DNA of 64,000 nt from the human T2T-CHM13v2.0 reference genome, Homo sapiens. Positions 1-14,260 of this stretch are shown piece after piece (the first letter of the stretch is position 1; each line of letters opens with the position of its first letter). The stretch is taken from the NCBI RefSeq assembly GCF_009914755.1, contig NC_060937.1, one strand, 5' to 3'. The position numbers and the translations under genes are program-made. Under the pieces are notes generated by a model, which made no database searches, was not told the origin of the DNA, and saw only the letters and a list, made by a program, of their open reading frames with translations.

Positions 1-984
1 TCAGAAAGTGTATGTGATTTCTCCAAAGGGTATAGCTGTGTAATGGCAGAGCTCAGAATTGACTTTTAGCTGTATCTAAAATGGATTTGGTTATAATTCT
101 ATGTTTACACTTCTTAAGCTCCTTATATTCTTTACTTTTGATCTCACTCTGCACTTCAGTCCTCCTCTGAATCAGCTCAGAACCTCACAGGCTTCTTAGA
201 CTGTGGGTGAGTTCAGATGGGCTTCAATTGAGTGCCTTGGGAAACATCAGCATCCAGCGCCTCAGTTGATGCTCTCCCCTGTGTTCTGTCCAAGCTCTTG
301 GTCCTAGAGTCTACCATTTTGCCCAGCCTATCCAGGCTGACTTCTTTGGACAGGTTTACTTAGCCCTTATTGGACCTCCATCAACTCCTGCTCTGTGGCT
401 GAAATACTAATTATGCCTCCCCGTCAAATCTGGCCTGGCAGTCAGGAACCTCTTCCTGAATCTGGTGTACCTGTCATTTCATCTCATCTAGATGGTTTCT
501 TGTAAACATGAGCTCTGGTTTCATAAGGGTCATGTTTTCCTGTGGCTTGGTGAGAAACCAGAGTAGACATTTTCTCATTTTCTTTTAATTTTAACATTAT
601 GCTTTTAATGTGAGTTTTCAAGATAATATTTCCATCTCAAATATTCTAGTAGCCTCCATATTAATTTTGTATGTTACTAGACCCTTGGCAGAGCTTTCCA
701 AAGCCATGTATAGACAAGGTGATCAGCTGCTTCTAAATCCATTTCTTTACTCCCTTCTTGACCTCTTTGGCCTTTTTCACTTTCCATTTGGGTTCAGGCA
801 AAAATCTTCCTTTGAGACCCCCAAATCATAGGCCAGTGATCACAATACTGAACCAATTCTTCCTCCTTGCTGTAGCTCACATAGATTAAATAGATCTTCA
901 TCTATTTCCATGCCAAGTTTCCTAGCTATGGAAAAGGAAAACTTATGTTCCCAGGAATATTTCCTTACATTCATTGATTGTATG

Positions 985-1200
985 CTAACATTTATTAAAC
1001 CTATACCATGCCTAGTCCTCTACAAAATCCTTTACATGTATTATCTTATTTATTCTTAAATTAGCCTTAAAAATGTACTGCCATTATTCCAATTTTAAAG
1101 ATAATAAAGCAGAGAGGTTACATGATCTGTCCTAGCTTATGCAGTTAGGAAGTGGTGGCATCAGAATTTATAGGAAGTTTTTCTAATCATAGATGTCTGG
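985..1200 (-). mobile_element. MIR SINE fragment
   Basis: Degenerate antisense MIR core (ccaattttaaagat...cagagaggttacatgatctgtcc...aagtggtggcatcagaattt). Confidence 0.6.
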
Positions 1201-2124
1201 GCATAACAACTTCTACTTCTCACCTGATGCTGTCTGTAATTGTTTCATGATTAAATCCATAGAAGACCATGGGACATTTCATATAAAGGGACATAATGCA
1301 CTCACTTTCAGGTCCCTCAGCCAAAATGGGTACTAATGAATAAAGACAGAGGAAACTAGGTGGAAAAGGGTGATAGAGCCTCTGGTCCAGTGTTGCGGGG
1401 AGCTGATACAGGGACTCAGGTTGCTTGATTAAGGCAGTAGCCCTTTAGCATAAGGGTGACTGCTTGGTTTTGCTTCTTGCTGCAGAGATATCCTGTGTCC
1501 CTGCACTTATGGGAGGGGAGACGGGAAGAAGCAACTTGCAGTTTTTTTTATCAGACAGTGATGTGTGAATAGACCATTAGTTGTAATTTGCAATCCAACT
1601 TCATCAATACTATAGGTCATGGAAACTCTAAGAACTTTGCGAGTGGTTGGCTGCTTTTGTTAATTTCCAGCGCTATTATGAGCTTTTTGTCTTTTCCTTT
1701 GTTTTATAAAACATTTTCATAAGATGCTGAGAAAGATGATGTTGGGAATGCTGGACTATGATGCTCTTTTTAGCAGAAAGACTACTACGCTCCTCTGCTC
1801 TGTTATGATGGTTATTCTCAATAAACCTGTTATCAGCTTCCAACTCTCAACTCCATTTGTTTCAATAACATTGAATGACTGTCTCAGAAATCCTAATCTT
1901 ACTTTCTTATTTGTACCACTATCTAAACCACAACTACCCAGGATGCCCTCAACTATCAAACTCCCCCAAATCCCCTCTCATAGATTATTGACCATCTAAC
2001 CATCCCTCTTTGAAAGCACCTTGGAAAACATAGAGCACAACACGATATTATTTGGTTTAGTTATGGTTATACTTATGAGCCTTTCCCACCTTTCTCACAA
2101 CTCACTCAGCAAATCCCTAGCTGG

Positions 2125-2530
2125 ATGTATTCATTCATTTAACAAATACTCACTGAACACCATTATGAAGTATTGTTAACAAGATAGAACATTAAAAACA
2201 GCCATGTCCCAGCTTTCACGGAGAGTGACATCCCATGAGATGGAGACAAATGTTTACAAAGTAAATCAATAAATGTATGATAGATGGTGATAAACAATTT
2301 GGGGAAAAATAAGACCTCATAAGAGGAATGTGGTTTTTAGGTAGGGTGGCTAGAGAAATCCTCTGAGAGGAAGTGACATTTGAGTTAAATGAGGCCAAGC
2401 CATGATGCTATCTGGGAAGGAAAAGACACAGACAGAGAATGTTAAAGAAACAACATGTGCAGACCCCTGGGGCAGGAGGGTCCTTGTTGTGTTTTAGGGC
2501 TAACAAGGGCACAACTGGAGTAGAAAAGAC
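2125..2530 (-). mobile_element. L2 LINE 3' fragment
   Basis: attcattcatttaacaaatactcactgaac is the reverse complement of the L2 3' end; typical L2 body follows (gaggaagtgacatttgag). Confidence 0.65.
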
Positions 2531-3184
2531 AAGACCAATCACTTTATGACCATCTCTTTGTATTGTTCCTGGGTCTGTGATGATCTGCATTTGGGAGAAG
2601 GTATACAACACAGCAGACTTCACTCTTGAGATGTTGGTCCTTTTCAGTCATTCTTTGATGCTAACCTATGCTGGACAATCCTACTGTATCATCTCCACCA
2701 GCTCCCAATCTCACTCCTCTTGACAGCACTTCTGAAATTTCCCACCCTTCCACCACCCGCCTGTTTACTCTCCTGTCTCTTGCTGACTTCATCACTGTGG
2801 TCCATTTTCCAAAGAGACATAATCAAATACTCTCAAAATAACTAACAATTCTTTAAATATCACCACTTAATCCAACTCATATTTAAATTCTGACCTTCTG
2901 CTTACCACCTGACTCTGAACTCACAGCTTAAACTTGCTGCTTACATTTCCTGACTACTAATTCCTTGTGACCCGATTTCTGCTTCTACTACTAAATTTCC
3001 AACACTCATGCTTCCCCTACTTTGTCCCCAATATAACTCATAACCTTTTCTGACCAGATTTAATAATCTCTTCCAGCTGCTCATTCTCCTGACACTACCT
3101 GCTGATTTTGACAGTATTGGCCACCCCAATCCTGGGAGGTTGAACAATGAACTTTGTAAATGAACTGATCATGTAAAATCCAAA

Positions 3185-3380
3185 ATTTACTCCCAGAGCC
3201 ACTGTGAGGACTGTGGCAATTTCCTTGAACTGCCCATGCCTCAGTTTCCTCATTTATAAATAGGAGTAAAAATATTATCTGTTTCCTATGATTGTTATGA
3301 GTATTAAATAATCCTTAAGAAGAGGTTAGTAAAGCACAAGGCCATGCACACATTCAATAAAATGTTAGTTCTTATTATTT
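3185..3380 (+). mobile_element. MIR SINE
   Basis: gcctcagtttcctcatttataaaataggag...ttgttatgagtattaaat...cattcaataaaatgttag. Confidence 0.75.
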
Positions 3381-3980
3381 TAAGAGTATGGAGACCCTTC
3401 TCATGTCTTGACTTCTGACATAATGCATTCCCTTTGTTCTTTTCAAATTTTCATCTCATTCTTTGTTTATGTTCATTCAAACTGAAAAGTTACTGTGTGT
3501 TAATACAAGGTGGAGGAATTGGAGATACAAAACTGAGTAAGAGATGAACCTTTTCCTCAAGGAACCCACAGCCTAAGGGCCTTTTAATCACCCTTTCATT
3601 CTTTATCCAAGGATTTCATAGTCGCTCCATAAACCTTGAGCTCTTTGATCTTTCTTTCATGGTTTTGGCTCATCAGAAAACCTTCCACTCACAAAGGTAA
3701 ACTGTTTTACTTTGTTCTAGTCACCCCTAAATTCATACCTTCAGGCTTAACCTGTGCCCTGTAAAGTCCAGCCTCCCATTGGACAATTCTGCTGTGAGTA
3801 CCACTATCTTTGTCTGCAGTTGCCTAAGTCCTAGCCCATGTACTCTTTGAGGAACAGGAGAGTTCTCTCTCAACCTTCATTCTATTGATGGAGACTCAGA
3901 GACCTCTCCTGAATGCAGCTGTTCAGCACATAGGTCCCAGCTCTGGCTCCAGCTTTGGGGTCTACGATAAACAATCTTCA

Positions 3981-4020
3981 AGGAGTTCACTTCAATCATT
4001 CAGGAGTTCACTTCAATCAT
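3981..4020. repeat. Tandem duplication, 21-bp period
   Basis: aggagttcacttcaatcat at 3981-3999 and again at 4002-4020. Confidence 0.9.
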
Positions 4021-4149
4021 GAACACAGGTTACCTCTGGCTCTTAGGAGTTAGCATATCATCATAGTTGTGGCTTCTGGAGCATTACATCCCAGCTCAGA
4101 TAAAGCTAGTGTATAATTCTGCAACAGTAGTAAAGAGAAATTGGATTCT

Positions 4150-4310
4150 ATATTGGTTACCTTCTACTGTGTAACAAACCACCACAAAATGTAGTAGCTT
4201 AAATCCACAATTATTTGTGATTCCTCATTAATCTATAGATTGACTGGGCTTTTCTAATTTGTAGTAGCTTGACTTGGGCTGGATGGTCTAGGATGGTCTC
4301 ACTCATTGAT
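4150..4310 (-). mobile_element. MLT1-type MaLR LTR 3' fragment
   Basis: tgtgtaacaaaccaccacaaaatgtagtagcttaaa matches the antisense MLT1 terminus. Confidence 0.6.
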
Positions 4311-4944
4311 GGCTCAATATCATTTGGACCCCAAAGATGACAAAGTTCTCCACTGACAGATATTGACCAATATGGCAGGCAGGCTTAGAGTATCATGAGG
4401 CAGGCAGGTTCAGGGAAGGCACTACATGGCTGCTACAGGTTGTACATCTTCCCCCAGAGAAGGTGAAACTTTTAATGGCAGGAGTTATGTGGCCCTATTT
4501 AAGGGAAAGAAAACATCAAGACCCTTCAGCAACAAACTCCACTCTCTATTCAACATCACCCTCAAGATTTCCCTTCAAAGGCACTCAGAACCTTCATGGT
4601 CCAGATGCTCCCTGGATTTTTCAGTAGGTCAGGACAATATTCTTTCTTCCCTCATGCTTCCTAAAATGGGCCTTTTGGTTTCAAGCAATACTTCCCACCT
4701 ACAGCCTACTAATGGCTACAGTGGTGACATTTTCAGGCTCCATGTCAAGACCATGTGAGTGATCCAGGCAGATCTTCTTGTCTGCCAGTCACCTATTTTG
4801 TGAAGGCATAATTCCATCTCTTCTGAAAATGCTATTTAATGATAATATTAGTATTTCTGTTTTTAATTTTTCCCTTTAAATTCATTTGATTTTCACATCT
4901 TAATATCTGTTTTCCCAGCTACTCCAATTTACCCAAGTTTCAAA

Positions 4945-5130
4945 CAATGATAATAATTAACCAGTAAACTTTTATTGAGTGCTTGGTATCTTCTGGGCAT
5001 AATGTGAAGGCTTGTAGAGGACTATTTTAATTAATCCTCAAAATAATTCTGAGATAGACAGGATTAGCTCATTTACCTGGGAGGAAACTGAGTTTCAGAG
5101 ATTTGCTCAAGATCATGCAGGCCAGTCAGT
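4945..5130 (-). mobile_element. MIR SINE
   Basis: tttattgagtgctt...gaggaaactgagtttcagag...caagatcatgcag. Confidence 0.7.
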
Positions 5131-6010
5131 CCTGGGACATGAGAGAAGATGGAAGGGATAGTTGCTCAGCAGCCAAAAACAAACAAACAAACAACACTTC
5201 TAATTCCCATGCCCCATGTTATAAGCAGCATAACTTCCCCATTCTGCCTCTGGAACTAGGAAGATCTCAGTCAAAACCTAAATGTAGGCCACAGAAAGGC
5301 TACTCAGTGACCTGTATTTCAGGCTCTTTATTAATCCAAACTCACAGCTGACTGTCCCCTGGGACTCCAGGTGTATCACAGTTGCACTCAGTTCAACCAA
5401 CTCACCACTCTTAGGGGGAAAAATCATAATGGAGCAGCATTTTCAGTTTCTCTAAAGAATAATTTTGAGTATGTTCTCAAACAATGGAATGTCAGGGGGT
5501 TATTCGTTCATTTTGGAGAGAGCATTAATAAGCAGCTAAAGCAGGAATTTATAATGGATGGCACAGCTGAACCCTAATATTTCACTACCCCCACATCGTC
5601 GTGACACAGCTGTACAGAACAGTGTGAAATCATGAGAAATGATGAGTTGTCTGTGAAAATGTTGTAGGCTGAAATCCTAATGAGCTCTTTAGGCTGAAAA
5701 GCTGAAGTATTTCTATTTCTATAGTGGGAGCTTATACAAATAAACTTACGTATGTAAGTGTAATATAAAATCAGAAAATGGTAACAGGAATATTAGGTGA
5801 AACTTTCTCTTCCATGCATAGTCCTGAGTTTTATTCCCACATCCAAACCCTCGTCCCATATCCCAGAATGAAGAAATAACTTTGGCCCATTTCTAAGAGT
5901 ATTTGCTTCTATTGATTCCATTTCAAGTGACCCCTAGATTTTCATTAAAATATTCTGGAACACAGGAGACATTTTCACTGGGCATATATCTGAGTTTGTA
6001 AGAAAAATAC

Positions 6011-6359
<349 letters not shown>

Positions 6360-7163
6360 TCATGGCAGTTTAGCCTACCCTATCTAACACATAGGGGAAT
6401 AACATGGTTTGGTAGGACGGTGCACTGGATCAGTCACAGTAGCCCAGGAAGTCCTTCCACCATTGGATCCTGCCACATACCATGTCCCCACTCCTACAGG
6501 TACCTTCATACCTTGCCCCTTCCCAGGCCCAGCAGCACTTGGAAAATGGACCCAAGGAACCATATGTTACTCCAGCCCTGGCAGAACTGCTAGAGGGTAC
6601 GAACCCTAAAGCCATTCTGGTGACCTTCCCAAATATCTGAAGACAAATAACCTGAATTGGTTTGGACTTGCCTGAGATTTTCCAATGCCTCAATTGTATC
6701 ATAAAGGCCAGCAATTTCATAACTCATCTACTCACTCACTCGCCCATGGGGTTTCTAGCGATTCCTTCTAGTGACAGAGCCACCAGGTCCTTAGAGTGGG
6801 GATGTTTCAATATAAAGGTTTCATCAGGAGCTTCCCTGATTGTGCAGCAAGCACTTTGTTTTATGAGAAAATGTTTGACTCTTCTTACTGGTGGATATAC
6901 AGAGGGGGACAGAGGAATTCCTATGTGATGTTTAGGTGTGTGACAAACACCTACAGTGAAGATGAGAATATCTCCATCCTGAAAACAAACCTAGAGCTAG
7001 CAAAGGGAAGGCAAAAGATATGGACAAGGGTCCAAAGATTTCACATACACACTGTGTGTCAGATAGAATACTAAAACTATCATGGTAAATCAAATCCGTT
7101 AAACACACTTAAAATACCACAAACATTAGCGGAATCCTATCTTATAAACAATACTTATTTTAA

Positions 7164-7471
<308 letters not shown>

Positions 7472-7761
7472 CTCCAAAAACTTTTAAAGTATCAGCTAGA
7501 TCACATCAAAGTTCAAACTTTCTGAAATAAGCTAACAGCCCCCTAAAAACCGTCTGGGATGCCTTGGGAGATAATTGGAGAATTGAAAGACATTTGTTAA
7601 GTTTTTGCAAACCTTTGGAATTCTCAAATATCTTAGTGATCATAGGAGTGTGGACAATGCTTTCTCTCTTTTATGCCTTTGAATACAAATGACGAATGTG
7701 GTCATAATGACAAAAGGGAAATGCCAATGATCTAGGGTCCTCTGATTATGTCTACAAGGGA

Positions 7762-9525
7762 AAATGGCTCAAAGACCTAAATGTTCAAGCAAAAACTATA
7801 AAACTGTTAGAAGAAAAATAGGGGAAAACCTTCACAACATTAGCTTTGGCAATGATTTCTTGGATGTCACACCACAAGTACAGGCAACTAATAGTTTCTC
7901 TATTTACAATTATAGAGACAAAGTAGATTGATGGCTGCCAGGGCTGAAGGACGGGAAAGTGGGGAGTTAATGTTTAATGGATACTGAGTTTCAATTCTGG
8001 AAGATGAAAAAGTCCTGGGATGAATAGCGCTGACAGTGGCACAGCAATGTGAATGTACTTAATGCGACTGAACTGTATGCTTAAAAATGGTTAAAATGGT
8101 AAAAATTTTTGTTTATCTTAAATAGATAAATTATTACGGTGAGCATTTGTTCACCGTATCAAAAGACACTGTCAACAGACCAAAAAGGTGATCCACAGGA
8201 TAGAAGAAAATATTTGCAAGCAATATATCTGACAAAGGGTTAATATCCAAAATATGAAAAGGACTCCTAAAACTCAACAACAAAAAATAAGCAACCAAGT
8301 TAAAAACATGGACAAAGGACTTGAATGGAAATTTCTCTATAGAAGACATACAAATGTCCAATAAGCACATGAAAAAATGTTCAACATCACTAATAATTAG
8401 TGATATGGTTTGGTCCTGTGTCCCTACCCAAATCTCATCTCAAATTGTAATCCCCATGTGTCAAGGGAGGAACCTGGTGGGAGGTGATTGCATGATGGGA
8501 GAGGTTTTCCCCATGCCGTTCTCATGATAGTGAGTGAGTTATCACGAGACCTGATGGTTTAAAAGTGTGTAGCACTTCCCCCTTCTCTCCTGCCACTATG
8601 TAAGACATGCCTTGCTTCCTCTTTGCCTTCTGCCATGATTGTAAGTTTCCTGAGGCCTCCCCAGCCATGCAGAACTGTGAGTTAATTAAACCTCTTTTCT
8701 TTATAAATTATTCAGTCTTTATAGCAGTGTGAAAATGAACTAATACAATTAGGGAAATGCCTATCACCACAATGAGATGCCACTTTATACCTGATTGGAT
8801 GGTTACTATCACATGCACACACAGAGAAAATAAACATTGGCAAGGATGTAAAGATATCAGAATCCTTGTGCATGGCTAGTGGGAATGTAAAATGGTGCAG
8901 CCACTTCAGAAGACATTATGGCAGTTCCTCAAAAACTTCAACAGTGAATTACCATAGGATCCAGCAATTCTGCTTCTGAGTATATAACCAAAAGAATTAA
9001 AAGCAGGAACTCAAACAGGTATTTTTACACAAATGTTCACAGCAACATTATTCACAATAGTCAAAAGATGAAAGTAACCCATGTGCATACACAGAAGGAT
9101 GTATAAACAAAATGTGGCATATACAAACCAACAGAATATTATTCAGCCTTAGAAACAAAGTACATTCTGATACACACTACAGTTGGAATGAACCCGAGGA
9201 CATGGTGTTAACTGAAATAAATTAGTCAGGAAAGGGCAAATATTGTGTCTCCTCCACTAATGTGAGGTACCTGGAGTAGTCAAATTTATAGGGACAATGT
9301 AGAATGGTGGCTTCCAGGGCTGGAGGATAGGAAAATGAGGAGTTAGAGTTGGATGGATACAGAGTTTCAATTCTGGAAGATGAAAAGTCCCGGGGATGAA
9401 TCGTGGTGACGGTGGCACAACAATGTGAATGTACTTAATGCCACAAAACTGTAACTTTAAAATGGTTAAAATGGTAAATTTTACATTATGCATATTTTAC
9501 TACAATTTTAAAAATAATAAACACT
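7762..9525 (+). mobile_element. Old L1 (L1MA/MB-type) ORF2 3' end and 3'UTR, interrupted
   Basis: ORF2 C-terminal remnants (aagacctaaatg, gaagacatacaaatg, atgttcaacatcact) and an L1MB-type tail aaaatggttaaaatggtaaatttt. Confidence 0.85.
8401..8747 (+). mobile_element. THE1D/MSTA-type MaLR solo LTR nested in L1M
   Basis: TGATATGGTTTGG...CTAATACA termini; 5-bp TSD ATTAG at 8396-8400 and 8748-8752. Confidence 0.92.
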
Positions 9526-9579
9526 TTTCTTAAGAAAAAGAGTAATGGTACATATAATGAATTCTTAAAAACCCACTTT

Positions 9580-9884
<305 letters not shown>

Positions 9885-10286
9885 TTAATCTTCATTACAT
9901 ATGTATATCAGAATTAAGGACTTTAATTACACAGAAAATTTACGTGCATTGAACCAGTCTTTTGTGGAGGTGAATAATCTGCTCGGAAATTTTATTTCCA
10001 TTAAGTAAAAGAGCTTGAACGAGCTTGTTGTGGTCACGCATTGGAGTGTTTTACTCTGATCCATGCTCTGTGACTGTCTTCTTCATCCGTGATGGTCCTC
10101 TTTGTCTTGCCCTAGTACAAACACCACAGAACCATGGATACTGTGATTCTGGGTTTCCCTACAGCTGATTGGAACAACGATAAGCACCTGACTGAAGATG
10201 GGTCAGTAAGTCAGAGACCTTTGCCAATAAATTTGGAATTGGGAAGAAAACAAAATGATGACAGGAAAGAACAAAGACAGAGAAGT

Positions 10287-10824
10287 TGTGATAGGCAGCC
10301 TCTGAAAGGGCTCCCAGTGATCTCTATCCACTGGAGTGGATGTCTCTCCCATCAGTTCAGTGTGGGCTGAAACTAGTGTCTCATTTCTAACAAATAGAAG
10401 ACCTAAAACTGAGAGAATGTCATTTCCATGATTAGGTTTCAAGAAGACAGAGACTTCCATCTTGCGTTTCATCTCTGATCTCTTTCACTTGCTCAACCTG
10501 ATGGGAACCAGCAGTCATGTTGTGAACTGCCCTAGAGAGGGGCCCATGTTGCAAGGAATTAAGAGGGCTTAATAACCTTCAAGGAACTGAATCCTGCCAA
10601 CAGCCAAGTGAGGGAGTTTGGCAACTTCATTAGTGAAGCCTTCAGATGAGACTGCAGCCCTGGTCAACACCTTAATTGCAGCCTCGAACGAGACCTTAAG
10701 AAAGAGGACCAGCTAAGACAAACCTAGATTCTTGCTTCCACAGAAACTGAGATAATACATGTTTGTTGCTTTAAGCCATCAAGTTTTGGTGTCATTTGTT
10801 ACACAGCAATAGGCAACTAATACA
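10287..10824 (+). mobile_element. MLT1 (E/F-like) solo LTR
   Basis: TGTGATAGGCAGCCTCT start, cagatgagactgcagccctgg core, tttgttacacagcaataggcaactaataca end. Confidence 0.85.
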
Positions 10825-11168
10825 GAGAAACAGAGGCAGTGACCCTTTTGGAAGCAACGTTTAAAAGATATGAACACAGCAGTTGAGGACGACCACACTA
10901 TGCCATGTAGAGGAGGGTGAAAAGAACTGAGTCTTAAAAGAAAAAAAGCCTTTAGGAATAGGCACGTGAGAAGCAGATGCAGAGTGTGAGTGAGAACACA
11001 GAGTGGGTTCCCAGTGGCTTGCCAGTTCTCCATTCCAGTCCTTCCCAAGGCCTGGCTGCACTCCTGTCTTTGTGTTCTGTGAAATCTCTGGTACTTCATA
11101 ATAAATTGTCTTTATTTTCTTTATTTATCTCAGTTGGTTTCTATAACTTGCAATCAGAATCCTAAAAG
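10825..11168 (+). mobile_element. Older MaLR/ERVL LTR 3' part (probable host of the nested MLT1)
   Basis: aataaa followed by gttggtttctataacttgcaatcagaatcctaa, typical of late MLT1/LTR33-like ends. Confidence 0.5.
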
Positions 11169-12984
11169 CCTAGGATGTATCAAGTTGCACAGCTGTGATT
11201 TTTGAAGGCAGCCAGACACTTGACAATGAGTTTGGCAGTTTAAAGAGGCTCTTGGCTTCAGAAGCACCCAGATGTTCTGAGCCACCTGACTTTGGGTCAT
11301 AAGAAAGCGAGCCAACTTCAAGAGTATCTAGTTCTCAACCTACTGCTCTAATCAATGATCAACCATGGCAAAATCTATTCCGTGTTAGGTGGTTTGAATA
11401 ATATTTGTTCAGAGCTTAGAGATCCCAGCTGAAAGCTGTTTGAAATACACAATATTGCTGTTGACACAGAACAAACTGTTATCCTTTCTTCTAAAGAACA
11501 CAGTGATATTTTTGGAAAGCCCTTATTATATTACATGATGGAAATACATATCCAGATGAGGCATATTTTAATTCTTAGAAACAGCCTAACTACATAAAAT
11601 GTACTATTCTCTCTTAATCCAGTTAAATCTCTTTGGTGTTTTCTGTTTTAAAGTCGTGTCACTGCCTAATCACTCACCATCTTAACAAAATTCAAAGCAG
11701 TTTACATCTTACAGGCTTGGTAATAAAACAGAGACTTAAAAGCAATAAACATCTTTGAAACAATTCATCCAGCCCTAAAATGGTGCCAGAATGAGTTTTG
11801 GAATGATAAGTTTGAATTTAAAAATCAAAATTTGCTCTCAGGCTGGGACTTAAAATGTCACAAATACATTTTCATAGCTAAGTTATAAACCTTGAAAAAT
11901 GGCCTAGATGTCCAAGCAAATACAGATGCACTGCAATGCTTCTTCAATGCTGTCAGGACACCCACTTGGGGTCTCTTCATGCATATATCCACATGCATGT
12001 GTGTTATCTGGATTTTTGCCTTATTTCCATGTGTTTAACATTCATTCTTATGTTGAAAGAACATGTTTGGCATGAGCACCGTTTATCACTGGTGCTCCCC
12101 TACTTCCCCTTGTCTCCAGGCTCCTTGACCGTGGTGAACACCCCATTTCCCCTTCCTGAGGGCCATATCACACAAACCTCGAGGTCCCAGGCAACAGGAA
12201 ATGAGCAAAGTGTCATGCATTAGAGCAAGAGAGTATGTTAAGAGAGGTTGAGTAAGCTTGTTGTGGTCACGTTTTGGAGTGTTTTACTCAGGTGCACGTG
12301 ACACCAACAGCCTTCTTCATCCACGAGGGTACCCTCCTCTTGCGTATGCTGACTCTACCATGCTGGTACGCCATGAGTCTGCAGCTCCACTGCAGCTGAC
12401 TGCAACAACATTAAACATCTGACATAGAAGGCATTCCAACTCATTTTCTTTATTTTGCAATTGTTTCTAAGTTGTTATTATTCAATTCATCCTCAAAACA
12501 AGTTCTCAGGGGTAGAGTTATCAATCTCTGGTTAGACTTTTCTTCCATCCCAATCCAGCCTTAAACTATAATTGCTTGGTGTCCTGTCCTTCCAGTCCCC
12601 ATCTGCCCTCTATGCTTAGTTGATTGTCATACCCATCCATGGGCAGGCAGGTTTTTTCTACCTGCTCAGATGATCAAATTTGCATAGTCACGATTAGCAG
12701 GCCATGGGAGCTGGGATCTTGGCTGCAATTGTCAATTGTTCTACCATTGACAATTGAATAATAGCATAAAGAGTTATCTCTTGAATAATAGCATGAAGAG
12801 TTGTTGTCAGTTCTGACATTTATGATGACAATAAAATAAAGAATATCTGGATAAGAATATTAAATGAACTATATGGAGTTTGCTAATTTTTTTACTTTGG
12901 AGAATATGTGCCTGTGCATAGCCTCAGCTCATGAATGTGTATCTCCCCTACAATACCAAATAGCCATTTTCTAGTCCATCAGCT

Positions 12985-13285
12985 TGGAGGCCTCTTCCTC
13001 CCCAGATGCTCAACTCACTCCTTCCCCTTCTTCAGGTCTTTCTGCTCAGGCGTTGCCTCGTTGTAGAGGTTTTCCATCACTGTCCTCTATCAAATAGCAA
13101 TCCCTGCCCCTCTGCCACATACCCTGTCTTCCTTATCCCTCTTTATTTTTCTCTATGCTTCTATAACATATTATTATTCATCTTCCTTCACTAGAACCTA
13201 AGAACCATGAGGGCACAAACTACTGTGTGGCCACAGCCTGGAACACAACCTGGCATTCAGGAGGCTCTCAATAAACCTCTATGGT
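12985..13285 (+). mobile_element. L2 3' fragment
   Basis: cactagaacctaagaaccatgagggca...cctggcattcaggaggctctcaataaa. Confidence 0.65.
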
Positions 13286-14039
13286 AGGAATGCATACAAT
13301 CAGTATATATTCAAATACAAAAAAATCAAAATTTCAGTAAATCATGGTTCTAATTCTTGATGAAGCTTAGTTGGCACAAGAACTGTCTTACTTGGCTATT
13401 TGGGATATCTCTCTACAACTGATGTTGCTCATCTTTTTGCTGTATTCTTGCTCCTGTCACACTGATCTATATCAGGTTGCTGCCTTGTATTATATCTGAT
13501 TCACAGAAAAGTCTCGCTCTCTCTATCTGCAACTACTCAAAGTGTTCATTATAAGTCAAGTTTTGATCAACTCTATACCTCTAATTATCTCCATTACTGA
13601 TAGCTTCTGTGCAGCTCTCTGCAGTGTTAGAATTAAAAATGTCCTCCTTTCTCAAGTGTACTCTGCACAAGTGGTGGATGAAAAGTCTAAAGCAGCTTCC
13701 TTCCAGGTTCTGCTTTGCAGAGCATGGGTTTATGCATCACCCAGACCCATGTACTTGCCTTGGTGTTGCTTAAAGCCATGGAGCTTGGTTGCTGCTACTA
13801 CTTCTGCTACAAATGCAGGGCTCTGATCTGCTTCCCTTTGTTGCTTGGGTGCCTCCTCTTCCACACAGGCCGTGCAAATACCCTAGTGCTTCCCTGTCTT
13901 TGCTCAGCGCATACATGAGAAGTGTGTAACTGTGAAGTGGAGGGTACTAATATACCACACAGGCAAATTTTAATCAATAGGAGACAGAAGCCAGTAAAAT
14001 AATAGTTCTTCTTTTTTCCCTCTGGAGTGATGATTGAAA

Positions 14040-14260
14040 GACACAGTAGCATCAAGCATCCTCTCCAAAGCTTCCCAGGACACTAGGCAGTCCTTTCTTC
14101 ATGAAGTGCTGCCACCTTGGAGACCCTTCTATTTGCTCACCCTCCTTCCCTGCCTCACTCCAACTCTTTCTCACTCCTCCTTCCTGGGATTCACTCTTCA
14201 ATAACATGTTGGCACAAAAGCCTTATTTCAGGCTCTGTTTCTAGGGAATTCAGGCTAAGG
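14040..14260 (+). mobile_element. LTR16/LTR33-like ERVL LTR 3' fragment
   Basis: tcaggctctgtttctagggaattcaggctaag terminus. Confidence 0.5.

Noticed and set aside
4426-4758. 110-aa ORF and other short ORFs in unique DNA (for example 44491-44871, 59435-59818)
   Set aside because: No recognisable domain or exon structure; lengths are within chance expectation, and some overlap L1M or L2 remnants.
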